Assembly: GCA_964016885.1 (NCBI GenBank)
Contig: OZ024746.1
Span: forward strand, 40,486,001 to 40,550,000
Direction: 5' to 3'
Source of the DNA: Eledone cirrhosa
Taxonomy: Eukaryota
Length of the DNA stretch: 64,000 bases
Part shown: piece by piece, positions 41,041 through 54,912 of the stretch
Layout of the letters: every line of letters starts with the position of its first letter
How positions within the stretch are numbered: the stretch's first letter is position 1
Made by a program: the position numbers and the translations under genes
Notes under the pieces: model-generated
Databases searched by the model: none
Seen by the model: only the letters and a program-made list of their open reading frames with translations
What the model was told of the DNA's origin: nothing

Positions 41041-41273
41041 TTAACCCTTTTATGACCATATTTCCAATGAAATACACTCTATTCCAGTTAATTAATTTTG
41101 ATGGATTTACTAGAATTATTAATGATTTCATTGCTAAGATAGTAAATTAACATATGGTTCTTAAATAAAATTATGTTGGAAGATTTTAATTTAAATAGGA
41201 ACTATTTAAAATGGGTGGTTTTGTTCCACAAAACCACAGCTGGTTTTGGCTGGGTTGGTATCAAAAGGGTTAA
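41041..41273. mobile_element. piggyBac-type MITE family 2 (~230 bp); older copies at about 8849-9099, 17068-17286, 24713-24960, 35638-35790, 36210-36430, 57900-58122
   Basis: TTAA|CCCTTTTATGACCA...TGGTATCAAAAGGG|TTAA. Confidence 0.8.
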
Positions 41274-42591
41274 AAAATGGAAGGAGACGTTGAATAACAT
41301 AATCATTGGATCAAGACATTTGGGGGAGTTAAGCCACTGACAATGAAGTTCTTGTCATCGTTACCAGCTTGCTTTACCAAGGTATCAGGTCATACTCATG
41401 AAGGTCATTGGTTATTCCAGCACCTTAGCCTAGCTATTACTCACAGCAATACTTTGTGTGTGTTGACTTGTTTAACCCTTTAGCATTCACATTACTCTAT
41501 ATTTACTATTGTATTTTCACAGAAAAGGCTTTATCTCTTATATTATTGAATCTACGAGATTTTTATATTATTTAATTTGAGAAAACTGTAATGAGATAGT
41601 CATGGCAGGAATAGCTTCAACCATAGATTTGCTCAATAACACATGTTGGTTTCCTGAGTTATCTCATTGTTAAACTCTTCAGTTTTGATAGAAGCATATG
41701 ACATATTTTTCTTATACTTAAGTTTTATAAAATAGCTTTATCATTTGTATCTAAAACTCTGTTGCTTGTAAAATGCTGTGTCACAAACAAAATTACTTAC
41801 AATCAATTAAGATAAAAAATAGAAAAAGAACACTGGTTGTCCTACTTTATAACTAAACTTGTGACCAGGAATAATCATCATCATCATATTCATCAAGAAA
41901 ACAAATAATAAAAAAAAACAATAATAATGTAGGCATGGCTGTGTGATTAAGTTTGCTTCTCAACAATGTTTTTTGGTATTCAATCCCAATGTGTGTCGCA
42001 TGAGCAAGGGTCTTCTATCATAGCCTCAGTCAGAACAATGTAGAAGCCCATTGTATATGTAAGCATGTATGTATGGACCTATAACTCATAACATATTAAT
42101 TAAATAATAACGAGTCTCAATGCGGTCATTCGATCTACTAGAAATAGCAGTCAATTCTCCCCAAAACCACAACACCGTATTAACAAATTGATAAAGTTGG
42201 TTACATAAAAAAAAAAGTCCTTTAAATCAAGTAAGCTGGCCGCAGTAGTGTCATTAAAAAAATTAATCCTAGCCGGAAAAATAATTGTCAACGAAGGGGA
42301 AAACAAACAAAATTTAGGAAAATAATTGTTTCTACTATTGGCACAAGGCCAGAAATTACCCAGTACATTACTGGTACTTTATTTTATCGACCCCGTAAGG
42401 ATGAAAGGCAAAGTTAACCTCGGCGGGATTTGAACTCAGAATAGCAAGGGCCGTAACTCTATGCATCAAAGCATGGCGTCCGACCCTAATAATACTGAAG
42501 ATTTTGCACCGCTAAAATATATTTTAACCAGCAGTTGATACTCATGCTATTTTTTTTGTTTGTTTTTCAGGGAGAAAAAAATCAAACTTAC

Positions 42592-42720
42592 CGATTTTTC
42601 AAAAATCAATCACTAAACAATATCAAAGCATATTTTTCGTAGTTCCCGCTACCCGTAAGTGTCTCGCCGTTAGAGCTAGTACCCGGATGGAATATTCAAT
42701 TAGAAAATAGTTCCTGTTTG
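42592..42720 (-). promoter_or_regulatory. Probable non-coding first exon and core promoter of gene A
   Basis: Coding exon 1 begins with an acceptor 36 nt before the ATG, so an upstream exon is required. There is a strong donor TCG|gtaagttt at 42591 in locally CpG-retaining unique sequence with ETS-like motifs (ccggat, ttcctg). The 5' end is unknown. Confidence 0.5.
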
Positions 42721-43074
42721 AGAATACATTTCTAAACAATCAAAGAGAAAACTTTCTCACAATTTTGAAAAGCATTAATAAATAATATTTTCTCCAACAC
42801 CTAATGCATGTGTGTATTTATGTCTATATATAGTAACAACGGGAATAAACCAATGCAAGATTATCACGTTCTTTCGGTGCAAACCCTCAGATGACTGTTG
42901 CCTCATAATTCCAGTGGACAGAATTTCGAAGGCAGGGAGATGTACTGAAAGAGCCAATACAACTCGCAGAGCTCATTCTTGTGGGTGGCCAAATCCGTCC
43001 CGTTATAGGTTCGATAATAGACATATCAGAAAACTGTCAGCACTTCAACAAGTTGTCATCTTCAGGTTGTCAGA

Positions 43075-43400
43075 CAACGGAACTTGGGTTTGCCGCTGAA
43101 TTCACCAGGTTGCTACAGGTCGTGTTGCTGGCGAGGGGCTTGCCACTGCAGAACGGGAAATGAGTGCAACAATCGTATTCAGTACACCAAGTCTTTGAGG
43201 TGATCGGATCGGAGACTGTCAGCAACCACAGCTGCTGTTTGTGGAGAAAGAACTCATGGCAGATACGATATTTGCTTCGGAGGCAATACACAAAGGATAT
43301 GGATCGGGTGGAGACATGGGCCTGAGGTCAACACGTGGTTCAGGGTGCTTAAGGCGAAGAGTGGACAAAACTTTCTCCGAGGCAATTACTCAGAAACCCC
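43075..43400 (-). mobile_element. Old CRE-like endonuclease fragment
   Basis: THFPFCSGKPLASNTTCSNLVNSAANPSSV resembles the PF/W..GK.LAWD.TC block seen in the other copies. Confidence 0.5.
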
Positions 43401-43470
43401 GAAGGTGGGCAGCGACCACGTACTTGAACTACGGATAATATGATCGGACAAATTTGGGATGGGTATCTAA

Positions 43471-44056
43471 GGTAAATTTATAAAGACACTCCGACCGATT
43501 TCAGAGGTAAATCATTTTTTTCGTGTGCTATCAATTAAACTTATGTTCTAATAGAAACTTTTTCCGACTGGAAAGGGAGGGGAATCCTCGGACTTTTCAA
43601 CCCCTCCCCCTGAGCTTTTTTTACCATTTCATTTTCCATGTTTGTTTTTTTCTTTTTTTCGCGTACTACCAACTAATCTTACCTTCGAATATGCTAAAAA
43701 GACTTTTTTTCCCCAGGAAAACGGAGGTGGGGAGGGAGTACCTCGGACATGCCTCCTAACCCCGATCCTCGGGGAGGGGTGAAAAGTTCGAGGGTCCCTC
43801 CTCCATTTTCCAGGGCAAAAAGTTTTTTGCAGTATGTTCGGAGGTAAGATTAGTTGGGGCACGGGAAATAAATGAAGGAAATGTAGTAAAGATAATTCAG
43901 TGTGGAAAGGGGAGGGTCCACCCTCCCTTTTCCGAGGAAAAAAGACCCAGAACCATATTAGGATGTAAGTTTAATTGATATCACACATACAAAAAAAATG
44001 TATTCCTCACTGAAATCAGTGGAGGGGGGGGGGGGGGGGCTTTCTATAATAATACC
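43471..44056. mobile_element. Degenerate fold-back (palindromic) element, ~590 bp
   Basis: Outer arms 43495-43555 and 43955-44020, and inner arms 43669-43727 and 43800-43857, are reverse complements. Confidence 0.7.
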
Positions 44057-46051
44057 AAATCTGATTTACTGAGGGATGTCGTTAGTATTAGGCTGCGTCT
44101 ATCACGACCGGGAGACTGAGAGCAAGTGGAACAAAGTAGAACAGGTTCTCCCAATAAGTTGGGGCGTTTTATTATTATTAATCGCCCCGAGGTTCACTTT
44201 GCCTTTCATCAGACAGTACACTAAAGTGACACCCAGTTAGTTGTCGGTACAACTTCGTTTCGTCATTGGTGCTTTTCATAGGATTGGATTTTTCTTTTTT
44301 GTGTTGTGGAATTATTTTGGTTCATTTTTGTTGTTGGATTATTTTTTGTTCTTATATTGTTCAGTTTCTTATGCGATAGTGTAATTGCATCAGATTGTTT
44401 AGAACAGAATAGGAATGAAAGAATTCCGTCGTATTATGCGGGAATCGTGCTAATAATGTACGTCTTGGGGGAGACGTAGGAGCGCCGCATCACATACGGC
44501 GTTTCCAGTGCATTTTTTAAAACCTAGAAGAGCCCAATTCTCTCCAGAACTGAATACAGCAGATTTCTCCCGGAGAAGAATAAAGAGTGAGAGAATCGCA
44601 GTGACTGGTACTTTCTTTTATCAACCTCAAATGGATGAAAGGAAAAGTTGACCTCGGTGGTGTTTGAACTCAGAGAGCCGGAATAAATACCGCAAAGCAT
44701 TCTATCCGACGTTCTAACAACTTTGTCAATTCGAACTCTACGGAGGAAATTAACTGTTGATAAATTATTCTTCTCAAATGAGGTCTAATAAAATCCAAAT
44801 ATGTCCGGAGTTGTCACATTACTGTCTAAGAAGAGACACTATCCTTCCTGCATTGTCAACAAGTTCGGGCTTCTTCCCTCATGCGCTTATTTTGACCAGA
44901 ATCAATCATGAAGTTAATGATTTCTTTTTCTCCTTGCAATGGGTATAATTTTAATCAATTGACAATTTTTAAACTCATTACATTAAATATGTTTTTACGT
45001 CCGTTTCAGATGATGATAGTACAATTTTGAAATGATTGTAGAGACCCACATTCTGACACAGATATATACATAATGTTTTACAGATAAAAAGAAATATAAT
45101 AGTAACATTATGAATAAATAAAATATAATAATACAATGCTTACAGATGTTAGTAACGACTTCAATATTTGTTTTCCTTGCAGGGGGCGCCCTAAGTATTT
45201 CTCCGCCTACCCAATAATTCTAATTTAAAAGTGTTATAGTAATAGTAAACAACAGACACAGATAGGCTGTAAGCTATAGGGGTGCAAGACAGCACATATT
45301 ACGCGATGATTAGAATAACAGTTGGTTTCAGTAGTTTACTTGAGAGATGGCTTTATCATTTAGAATAAGAAAACTGGAAGAGCATCTTTAAAACTGCCTA
45401 ATTTGCTCATTCTTTCCATATGAATACACAAATATAAACAACCGAATTCAAATAAATAGGTTCCTTATCTGAAAAAAATTATAGGTGAATGATAAGAATG
45501 TTAGTAAAGGTGAACTATAGGAGTGTGTGTCAACAGTTAGTTACTCCCCTTCGCCATTGACATTCTTTTTTTTTTATTCTTCTAATTATGAAAGTCTGAC
45601 TTGATTCTAGTTTAGAGTCTCCCCCTTCTAACTATTCACACACAAACACACAGGCTCAATATCCACCTTTGTTAATGGTTTAAAATCTGTGTGTCATGCT
45701 GCGTTGTTAATGGTTTAAAATCTGTGTGTCATGCTGCGCTAGACAAGTGTCTTTTATAGTCTCAAGTTGACCAATGCTGTGTGAATTGAATTTGGTAGGC
45801 CGAAACTGTACAGATACCCTTTGTATATATTGAATGTTTTAATTTTCTTTTGATTCTTTTATTTCTTGTTTCATCTTCCTAAACATTACATTATTATTTC
45901 AAGTTGGGAGGTGATATTTTGAAAATATCTTTTTATTTTTTTATTTTTTGTGGTTTTAAAGATCTATTTGTCTGTATAGTTAATGATGAAAAAGTACAAT
46001 CAGAGATAGACTGGGCATAAGGTTATTTGGCCTCTGGTGGGTGGGCCACTG

Positions 46052-46210
46052 GTGTCACCTTAGCTGGACAGTATCACTTTAGCTGGGCAGTGTCACTTTA
46101 GCTAGACAGTATCGCTTTAGCTAGACAGTGTCACCTTAGTTAAGCAGTGAAAACACATATCTGGCCCTCAACAGTTAGTCTGTTAGTCAGTGTCACTTTA
46201 GCTAAGCAGA
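46052..46210. repeat. Degenerate 20-nt tandem repeat (cagtgtcactttagctagac)
   Basis: About 5-6 imperfect units. Confidence 0.75.
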
Positions 46211-46229
46211 CTTCCATGCTTCCCAACAT

Positions 46230-46410
46230 TCGCCAACATTACACCTGATAATCCCCCTCCATACACACATATGTATCGGTATGTATATCATGACTCATGC
46301 ACTGTTCACTTTCCTGACATTTGTACATTATTCTATGTACTATACATACACCTTTGATGAGTTGTAGTGCACCTGAGCACTGTACACAATAATTTTCATT
46401 ATTATTATTA
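46230..46410 (+). mobile_element. CR1 3' UTR copy (short)
   Basis: Matches the terminal UTR unit at about 23940-24060. Confidence 0.8.
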
Positions 46411-46770
46411 CTATATGTAGATATCAGCAACCTATATCATCGCTATTCCAATGATATCATTTTCTGGTGTGCAGAACCCCAGGTGCAAGCTAGCCTATGA
46501 TCCTAGCAGACAGAATGGAGAAAGCATTACTTTGTAGGATAGCGAGGAAGATGCAGTAAAAGAGCATTTCCAATATGGAGGTCTCATTCTCGCAAGTGGC
46601 CAACTTTATAGCAGTGAGCAGCAAGGTGGTGCGGTGACCAAAAACGCCAGATGTCACACTATTGAACCTGTAGCAGGTTCAACAGTTTGCAATCTTCAGC
46701 TTATCGGGCAACGAAACTTGGATCTGTCACTGGAGAAAGTGTAGCTACAATAGGCTGTAAGCTATAAGGG
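46410..46770 (-). mobile_element. CRE-like 3' end (short derivative)
   Basis: The reverse complement is collinear with 62778-63115 and ends in (TAA)n. Confidence 0.65.
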
Positions 46771-47779
46771 TATTCGCCATACTCTCACAGATATCGTGCA
46801 TCATCAAGTGAAATGGAATGGACGCGTTTTCCCCCAATCATATAAACTCTCAAAATCTTGTGAGGTACTCCTTAATCGAACCAAATGTTATAAGTAGCAG
46901 TTAAATCTCCTGAAACTCACATCCTTACTGTCTTTAAAAAAAGAAAGTACACATTGGATAATGCAACCCTCGATACACTATATCTGAGCAGTGGATGTAG
47001 TATGACCAAATTTTAATTATGTGGATGACCTCTCATAACAACTTGATACATATATTGCTTGCATTACAGAGTTTTAACTACTATGAACCAAAGAAATGGG
47101 AACTCTATGATAGTTTTCCCTCAAATTATACCCTACATCTGGACTAAGATGGAATGCCTTCAATCAACAACCATGCCATAAGAAACTTCTCCACACATGT
47201 CTGAACTGAATCTCCCTGTACAATGGTCACCTGTTTCACATCTGACCAGAGAACATAGCAAGTCTCACACATTCATTCGCACAAGCTGTGAAAACAATGT
47301 CCAAAGGGGATGAGAGACAGCCTGCACTTCCGACAAGACCTCACCTAAGACACTTGTTTTCTCAAGGAAGCCTGAGCAGGTGCACTCTACATGTGAATGG
47401 AATTCCACTGAAGCAGGTAGAGAAGTTCAACTATCTCTGGGCCGTGTTCACGAGTGATGGAAAGCAGAAGGTTGATTTAAGTGCAAGAATTGCAGGAGCT
47501 GGTGCAGTACTTCTCTCGCTACCCTCACCTTTCTTTCCAATTGAAACTTGAAAAAGTTGAGGGATTGGCCGAAGATAAGTGTCTGTCATCAGTTCTTTCA
47601 GCCAGGTCCACCACACAACCTCTTTTGCTACAGCCACCAAACAGAAGAAAACTGCTTTCCCTTCCTGGTCAAGAGAAGGTAATCTTCAATATGGACTCTG
47701 TCAATAGCAGGATCTGTCCTACATGCAATAACAGCTGTTTGACATAAGAGTGATGCAGGAACACAAAGCGCAATGGAGA

Positions 47780-49052
47780 TGATGAGCTCATTCTGATTCC
47801 TAAGTTGTTGTATTTCTTCAGAATATGTTCCTTTTACAAATTCTCGTCTTGGTCATTGTCAAACTCTCTCCAGAGTTCTGCGACCAGGCTACCTTGCCTA
47901 AACGGTTTGGAAGTCTCGGTCAGTGTAAATGCTCATCTCTGTCTCTACCTTATTTTCTTTCCTCCGTCCACACTTGCTCCCCTTTAGTAAGTGACATCCT
48001 CTCCTTTCCAACATGGACTAGTTCTACCAAGGAGATGGATGAAGCTTTACTGCAATGGAGAGAGTTCCTGATGTTGATAAGGATAGACAGAAGCAGTGAG
48101 TATGGGACACTCTACATTCGAGTGAAACATTTAACTCTCTCTCTCTGATCATTCTGATCAATTTTCTAGGTGCCGCTTACTTTCTGCAAGCGCAAGGTTC
48201 TCGGGATTGGTTGATGCCCTGCCTGTGGCCAACATTGGTGGTCTTCTCGGACTGGACGAGCTCCACATCTCCATTACACTCCGAGTGGGAGCCGATGTCT
48301 GTGGGGATTTGATATGTCACTGTGGTAGGTCCCTCGACTCCTCAGGCCTCTATGGTTTGTCCTGTCACCTGAATGCTGGTCGCTTTGTCCGCCACACCAA
48401 GCTAGACCTGATCATGTAGCGGGCCTTAGCTTGGATAAATATCTCCTCAGTTCTAGCGCCGGCTGGATTATCCAGAATTGATGGGAAGAAACCAGATGGC
48501 TTTGTCCCTGGGTAAGAGGCAGATGTCTCAGTCAGTGACTTTTGCTCCCTCCCATATCATGGATGCCGCAGTAAATGTCAGGGTTACTGCTTCCAATCCT
48601 GAACGGAATAAAATCCTAAAATACCGGAAACTATCAGATAACTCGTTTCTGAGTTTGTTTAGCAAGATTCTTATTGGCAACATGACCCTCCCAAAGTATA
48701 ACAATATCAGATAACTATTTTCTGACAGCGAAATTCTTGTTTTCGTAGGTGTTGGGTGATGCCCGTGAGGGTGCCTGGTTATTTCAGCGCCTTAGCCTCG
48801 TCATCATTCGCAGTAATGCCGCGAACGTGTTGGCTTGCCTCAAAATACTCCGTTAACTCGTGTGGTATACGGCCTGAGTGGTGAATTGATGGTTGTTTGT
48901 TTTTTTGTTTTTCCTTTTCTTTTTATCTCGCTTTGATCATATATTTTTGTGAGGTTCCTAGCATTGATAATTGTATTTATGTGTTTATACTTTCATTCTG
49001 TAAGAATTATAAACAATTTGTAATGTTATTTCTACAACTGTGAATAATAAAA
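47780..49052 (+). mobile_element. CRE-like non-LTR retrotransposon 3' part (zinc knuckle + restriction-like endonuclease), decayed
   Basis: LRVGADVCGDLICHCGRSLDSSGLYGLSCHLNAGRFVRH...LAPAGLSRIDGKKPDG...KILKYRKL...WLFQRLSLVIIRSNAANVL, then a T-rich UTR and aataataaaa. Confidence 0.8.
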
Positions 49053-49329
49053 ATTATACCAATTTTAAATCTAATATAACACCTATAAAGTTCTACGTAC
49101 TACAATAAGAGTCTGCGCCAAGGGAGACAATTCATACTGAATTTAATTTCATCCTTTCGGTGTTGATAAAATTAAAGATTAGTCTAATACTGAGGATCGA
49201 TGTAATCGACTTACCCTCCCCGAAAATCGTTAGCCTTGTGCCTAAATTAGAAATCATTGTTTAGCTTATATCAGCCACGAGAGAAGAGACCTATGCATAA
49301 AGAAATTCCAGCCGAGATCAGTGTGCCCA

Positions 49330-49728
49330 GGACTACATTATCTGGACGAGCTCCGCATCTCCATTGCCTCCCAATGGAAGCTGATATCTGTGGAGTCTGA
49401 GATGCCGTTGTCGACTGCCACCTGAATGCTGGTCGCTTCGCACACCAGACCGAACTAAACCTGATCATTAAGCGGGTCGTAGCTCGGGTAAATATCCCCT
49501 CGGTTCTGGATTATTCAGAAATGGTGTCCCTAGATAGGAAGCGGGTGTTTCATCTGGCAGGAATCGAAGGTCGTTTTTCTTTTTCTCTCGCTTTGATCGT
49601 ATATTTTGTTGCGTTGTATTTGTCAGTTTCCTATCAATAGTTAATTGTATTTATTATGTGTTTATATTTTCATTTTGAAAGAATTGTGAGCAATTTGTTA
49701 TTTATACAACTGAATAATAAAAAAAAAT
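49330..49728 (+). mobile_element. Internally deleted copy of the same CRE-like family
   Basis: Matches 48250-48480 and the UTR at 48915-49050. Confidence 0.75.
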
Positions 49729-51404
49729 ACAGCTAACGAATAAATAAGAATGTTTCGGTGTAAGTGTTCATTTATATGCACACACACATACATACACGGC
49801 GAGGCATAGCTCTAAACTAAACTAAATAAAAAAAAATCCTGAACTGGATCTTTATGGATCTAGATTAGGTAGCACAGGAAAAGGCAAAATTGAAATGAAT
49901 ACGTTTAAGAAAGATATTGAAAAGTTTAACCCCGAAAGAATGTGGTTGAGATGCAGAAAAATGTAATTTATTTTGAATTTACTTGACGTTGAAGGGAATT
50001 AAAATGTTTTTCCAGTTCAATTATATAAAGAATATGATTTGCAAAATAGGACAAATAAATAGAAATAAATCAGAGAAAAAAAGAAAAAAACACGCAGAAC
50101 GGAATGGTGGTATTTCTCTCTAAAGGTTATTTTAGATAAGTTAAGGAACACACGGTAAATTATATAGCATATTTGATTGTGGGTGGGTCTTTGTCTTTGT
50201 ATGAGAGAGATAGTTCCTTATTAAGGTCCCATTACACGAATTCACAAATATATGTATGGCATTATGTAACTAATATGCATAAGTTTAGTCTCCTTCCCTG
50301 ACACACAGCCTTAATGATGTAAATAAAACGTTTTTGTTTTTTTACCTGCTCAAATATCCTCCAAGTTAATTTGGTGGTCGGTCAATTTGTCGTCGGATCA
50401 TCTTACGCTACTTCCTTTCAATGAATATAGATACAAAGTACTACTGAACAGATTTATAAACACGTTTTACTTTTCTTTCTTCTTAGCTTTTTGGGTTTTT
50501 TTTCATTTTGATCATAACGAGCTTAAATAACTAAAACGAGTCAAACAAACCAACTAAAAAATATATAGGATTTTGTGTTTTTAAAAATGATGTTTATACT
50601 AGGCTAATAACAAAGAAGAATGTTCGAAAGAATCGCCTTGATAAATAAATAAATAAACATGTTAAAAACTAATCCATCTACTTAAAACGAAAAAATAACG
50701 CCTTTCAATGTTATTCTGGTTTCCAGAAATGTTATTCCGGTTTCTCATGAAAAAAGCCCCATATGTAAGCACAGTGTGAAATGCCGTTGAATGAACAAAT
50801 AAAACATAACTACTTAAATATTTGTATTAAGTTAATAGCCTGCTACGAGGCTATTGTTGATAGTGTAATGAAAACAAGAATTATGTTGTTGTGATGTATG
50901 TGTGTGAGCAATGATTCAAAAGATGGTATTTACTGTATTTCTGTAATGAGATGATAGTCGTCTCTCTGGCAGTGAGAGAGACCTGTGTGAGATTTTTTAC
51001 CACAACTTAACTGGTCAAAATCATTTCTGCAACTCTTTGCTTTGGCTCCGCAAGCTGGCGTCTTATCAGAATTGCATGTCCTGTCTCCAGAACTTGAGGA
51101 TAGACAGAAGATGATTTCCATGTTAAAATTGTCGACACAGTGATGTCCAAAAAATGATTACAATAGAAACTTATGAGGCCACACAATGCTAAGTTTTTGG
51201 TGGCTGCTTGAAAGAGTGAATGAAATGCTATTGAAGAGAGTATCAAATTACTGCTAAATAGAAAACCAGGAAAAGCCTATGGGCTTGCAGCTCGGTACCT
51301 GGCCATCCAAAAGCGTTAAATTACTTTTCCAGACATCCAAATGGACAAAAATTGGGACAAGGTAATGAACAGCGTAGCCATTCTCACTCAGAAATGGGCC
51401 AAAA

Positions 51405-51965
51405 GAAAATGTAGAACAGATCCAGCTATCAGTTGACTCCATCGTGAAGATCCTCCTGTTGCCTTCCTTTAGCCAGGAAGGAGAGGCAGTTTTTATCTGC
51501 CTGGTGGCCATGGCAAAAGAGGTTGTGTGACACATTTGAAAGGGGTGAAGACAAGCATTTTCCTCTTTGGAAGAGACTTGATTAACTTTATCAGGTTTTA
51601 CTTGAAGAAAATCAGGGTGGAGAGAGAAATGCTACCTTCCAACCAGTTTGTAGAAAGGTGGTTGAAAATGATTCAAGTGGATGGGCCTGTGCTGAGTATG
51701 CACCTGTAAATTGGAGAAGAACAACTGAGAGAGGGCACTTGCCCTAACAATCAGGCTGACTGTGGCTTTTTGTGGGCTTTCTGCACAAGTGGCCCTCCAT
51801 TGGATAATCTGTTTTTGTTTGTTTGATTTTTAAATGTTTACTTTTTTAGTTTTTGTTATAACCCTTTTTTTTATTTATTCAAAACCCATCCTGTGCCATC
51901 TTTATTGTTTGCTTTATGCCAGCGCTATGTGGCAAAAAGAACCCATTATTATTATTATTATTAAA
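51405..51965 (+). mobile_element. Tx1/L1-like LINE ORF2 C-terminus and 3' UTR
   Basis: EGEAVFICLVAMAKEVV*...KKIRVEREMLPSNQFVERWLKM, then a T-rich UTR and (ATT)n. A related copy lies on the minus strand at about 47505-47760. Clade assignment is tentative. Confidence 0.5.
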
Positions 51966-52269
51966 AAAGATTAAAAGTTTAAGCAAACAATTTCTGCTTT
52001 CACCTTTATACAGGATCTTCTGAAACAGATTTTTATCAATTGGTGGGCACAGATATACGTTTCAATAAATTATGAGCAAATATCACATTTAAAAATAGAC
52101 TTAACGGCTTTTACTTATTCCTAAGAGGGTCGAGGGGGCAGAGTCCTCAAACACCTCTATGGGATCTCGAGATACACAATCTTTGTGCATCCATCCTATG
52201 CCTCCAAGGACAGGTTGTAGGCCCATCGCCAGATTTTGTGGCATGAAATGGATATTCCTACTGAATATC

Positions 52270-52750
52270 TGTTCTGTTGAAACCAATCCATTTATCTCAC
52301 TCTCACCCAAATCATCCAGAAAGAGCAAATAGCTCAGCTTTTCCCCACATTTTAAGATGGACTCTGCCTGAGCCTTCTGTAAGATTTATGTAAGAGGAAT
52401 CAATGAAGTAACAAACATCAATGGTGATAGGCTATCACCCTGAAATACACCTCTCCTGATGTTTACCTTTGCTAGAAATTTGCCACGTAAGGTTAGTTCC
52501 ATTTACCAATTATTCATTGTTTTCTTAATGAAATTTACTATATTGTCTGGGACTTGTGCCAGTTCTAAACTTTCTAAGATCCAGGAATGGGGGACCATAT
52601 CATAAGCTTTTTTAATAATTGATCCATGTCATTTCCAAATTCGTGTGTTGTATCTTACAATCTTCAAGTCCATTCTATGAGGAGCTGATCTCCTGTTCTA
52701 CGGCTTTTTCTTCTGCACCACACATAGTTTCTCGTTGGCTTCAAAGAATT
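52270..52750 (-). mobile_element. R4/Dong-clade non-LTR retrotransposon RT fragment
   Basis: KKAYDMVPHSWILESL...VNIRRGVFQGDSLSPLMFV...LSYLLFLDDL, with stops and a frameshift. Confidence 0.8.
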
Positions 52751-53476
52751 TATAAAAATATTATGGAAAAGATATTTCATAATTACAACGTCCTTGCTAT
52801 CAAACATGAGATCTGATGGCAACAGGAATCCTGCTTTGCTCATGGTTAAGTTTATAGTACTGCTTCAAGCCAGTTCCAATATTTGGATGTGTGAGTTACC
52901 TCTGGGCATTTAAAGTTCCACAAGTTATAAGAATCTCTCTATTTTTATTAGTGATTATAGTACCCGACAATCCAGTTTCTATAAATTTTTAAAATTATTT
53001 TACTAATTAAAGTATTTAAGAAAAAAAGATAAAATATCATAATAGTTGCAAATAAATTGGAACTTTTTACTTTCCCAGTGATCCTATCTTATTTGATATG
53101 CTAATTAGTTATATGGCTTTTCTACAATTGAATTATGAAGTATATTGAATAAGTATTTGTAGCACAAAACATATAAATATTCTTTGAAGATTTTACAAGA
53201 AAAAAAAAAAACATGCTTTTTTTTTTTTTCCCCCACAACTAATTTTCCTTTATATCCATTTATTATAATCAGTTTTATACATACAAATAATGTGTTGAAT
53301 TTAATGGAATTAAAAAATATTTATCACATACAATGTTAACATTTTTCTTTGTAACCGAAGTGTAGCTAAAAAAGATCTTGGAGCCAAAAGTGAGAACCAG
53401 TTTACTCCTCCATCCCTAAATATGCCACTGCCAGACATTAAGGTATTCTCTCTACCTGAACATACCAGTGTGTATG

Positions 53477-53523
<47 letters not shown>

Positions 53524-54569
53524 GCTACGGAAGCATTTCTGAATGGGGGGGGGGGGGCAAATTTGGTCAGTTTAGTTGTAGCGATTAGTTTAGCTTGGTT
53601 GATATTATCAAATATCAACCAAGATATAAAAAACTTCTATATGCAATAAACATAACATGCACATAAATTGTAGCGCATATACAAATAGATGTGTGTTTTC
53701 GTAGTTTGGAAAGGAAATATAATTATTGAGGGTGGGGGAGAGGGGATTTCAACCGCTCCTGTATATATAGTTTATATTTTATGAATTATCAAAGTGCTAA
53801 GAGTGTTTGAAATTTGAAGGTTTGAGAGTCACAACACAAAAAATAATAGTCAATTACTAAAACCTGATAATAGTTGAGAAAATTGGATAAATGACCCTTA
53901 GAGATGGAAAAAGGTGCACAAAGGCACCTATGAGGAATCAAACCCCACATCTTTCAAAGGGCAGTGGTTTGGCAGTATCGGTAGAGCGTCAGACACCATG
54001 TTTTGCAGCATAGTTATGGCCCTTTGCGTTCTGAGTTCAAATCCGCCGAGGTTAACTTTGCCTTTCATCCTTACGAGGTCGATAAAATAAAGTACCAGTG
54101 GTGCACTGGGGTAATCACTGGCCTTGTGCCAAAAGTAGAAACTCTATTTTATTGCCTTTCATCCTTACGGGGTCGATAAAATAAAGTACCAGTAATGCTC
54201 TGGGTAATTGCTGGCCTTGTGCCAAAAATAGAAACAATTATATTAGGGGGGAAACTATTATTACTAGATGTTAGTTTGTGGATTGGCAGAATCGGTAGAG
54301 CGTCGAGCACGGCCCTTTATGTTCTGAGTTCAAATCCCGCCGAGGTTAACTTTGCCGTTCATACGGGTGCGATTAAATAAAGTACCAGTCACGTACTGGG
54401 GTCGATTTAATCGAATTTCCCATCCCCAAAATTGCTGGCTTTTTACCTAAATCAGAAACCATCATTACAACTAGATGAGAGTGACATCATCTTCTCCCTC
54501 TTTCTCTCTCTCTCTCTCTCAACAAATGATGTTCTTTTTCTCTCTCTTTCACTTGGCGCTCCCTCTATA

Positions 54570-54912
54570 TAATAATAATAATAATGAAATTATTGTGTAC
54601 AGTGCTCAGGTGCACTACAACTCATCAAAGGTGCATGTATAGTACATAGAATAATGTACAAATGTCAGGAAAATAAACAGTGTATGAGTCATGATATAAT
54701 AACAATAACAATAATGAAATATTGTGCACAGTGCCCAGGTGCACCACAACCCATCAAAAAAGTGCATGTACAGTACATAGGGCAATGCACAAACATCAGT
54801 AAAATGAACAGTGCACACATGTGTGCATGTGTATGGAAGGGGCATATCAGGTGTAGTTTTTGCGTATTTCGGGAAGCATGAGTGTCTTAAAGGATGCAGT
54901 GTCTCGGCAGCT
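54570..54912 (-). mobile_element. CR1 3' UTR copy
   Basis: Near-identical reverse complement of 23715-24060. Confidence 0.9.

Noticed and set aside
46662-46682. Small hairpin ttgaacctg-tag-caggttcaa as a terminator or structured RNA
   Set aside because: A 9-bp stem inside a decayed retroelement; compatible with chance or a local template switch.
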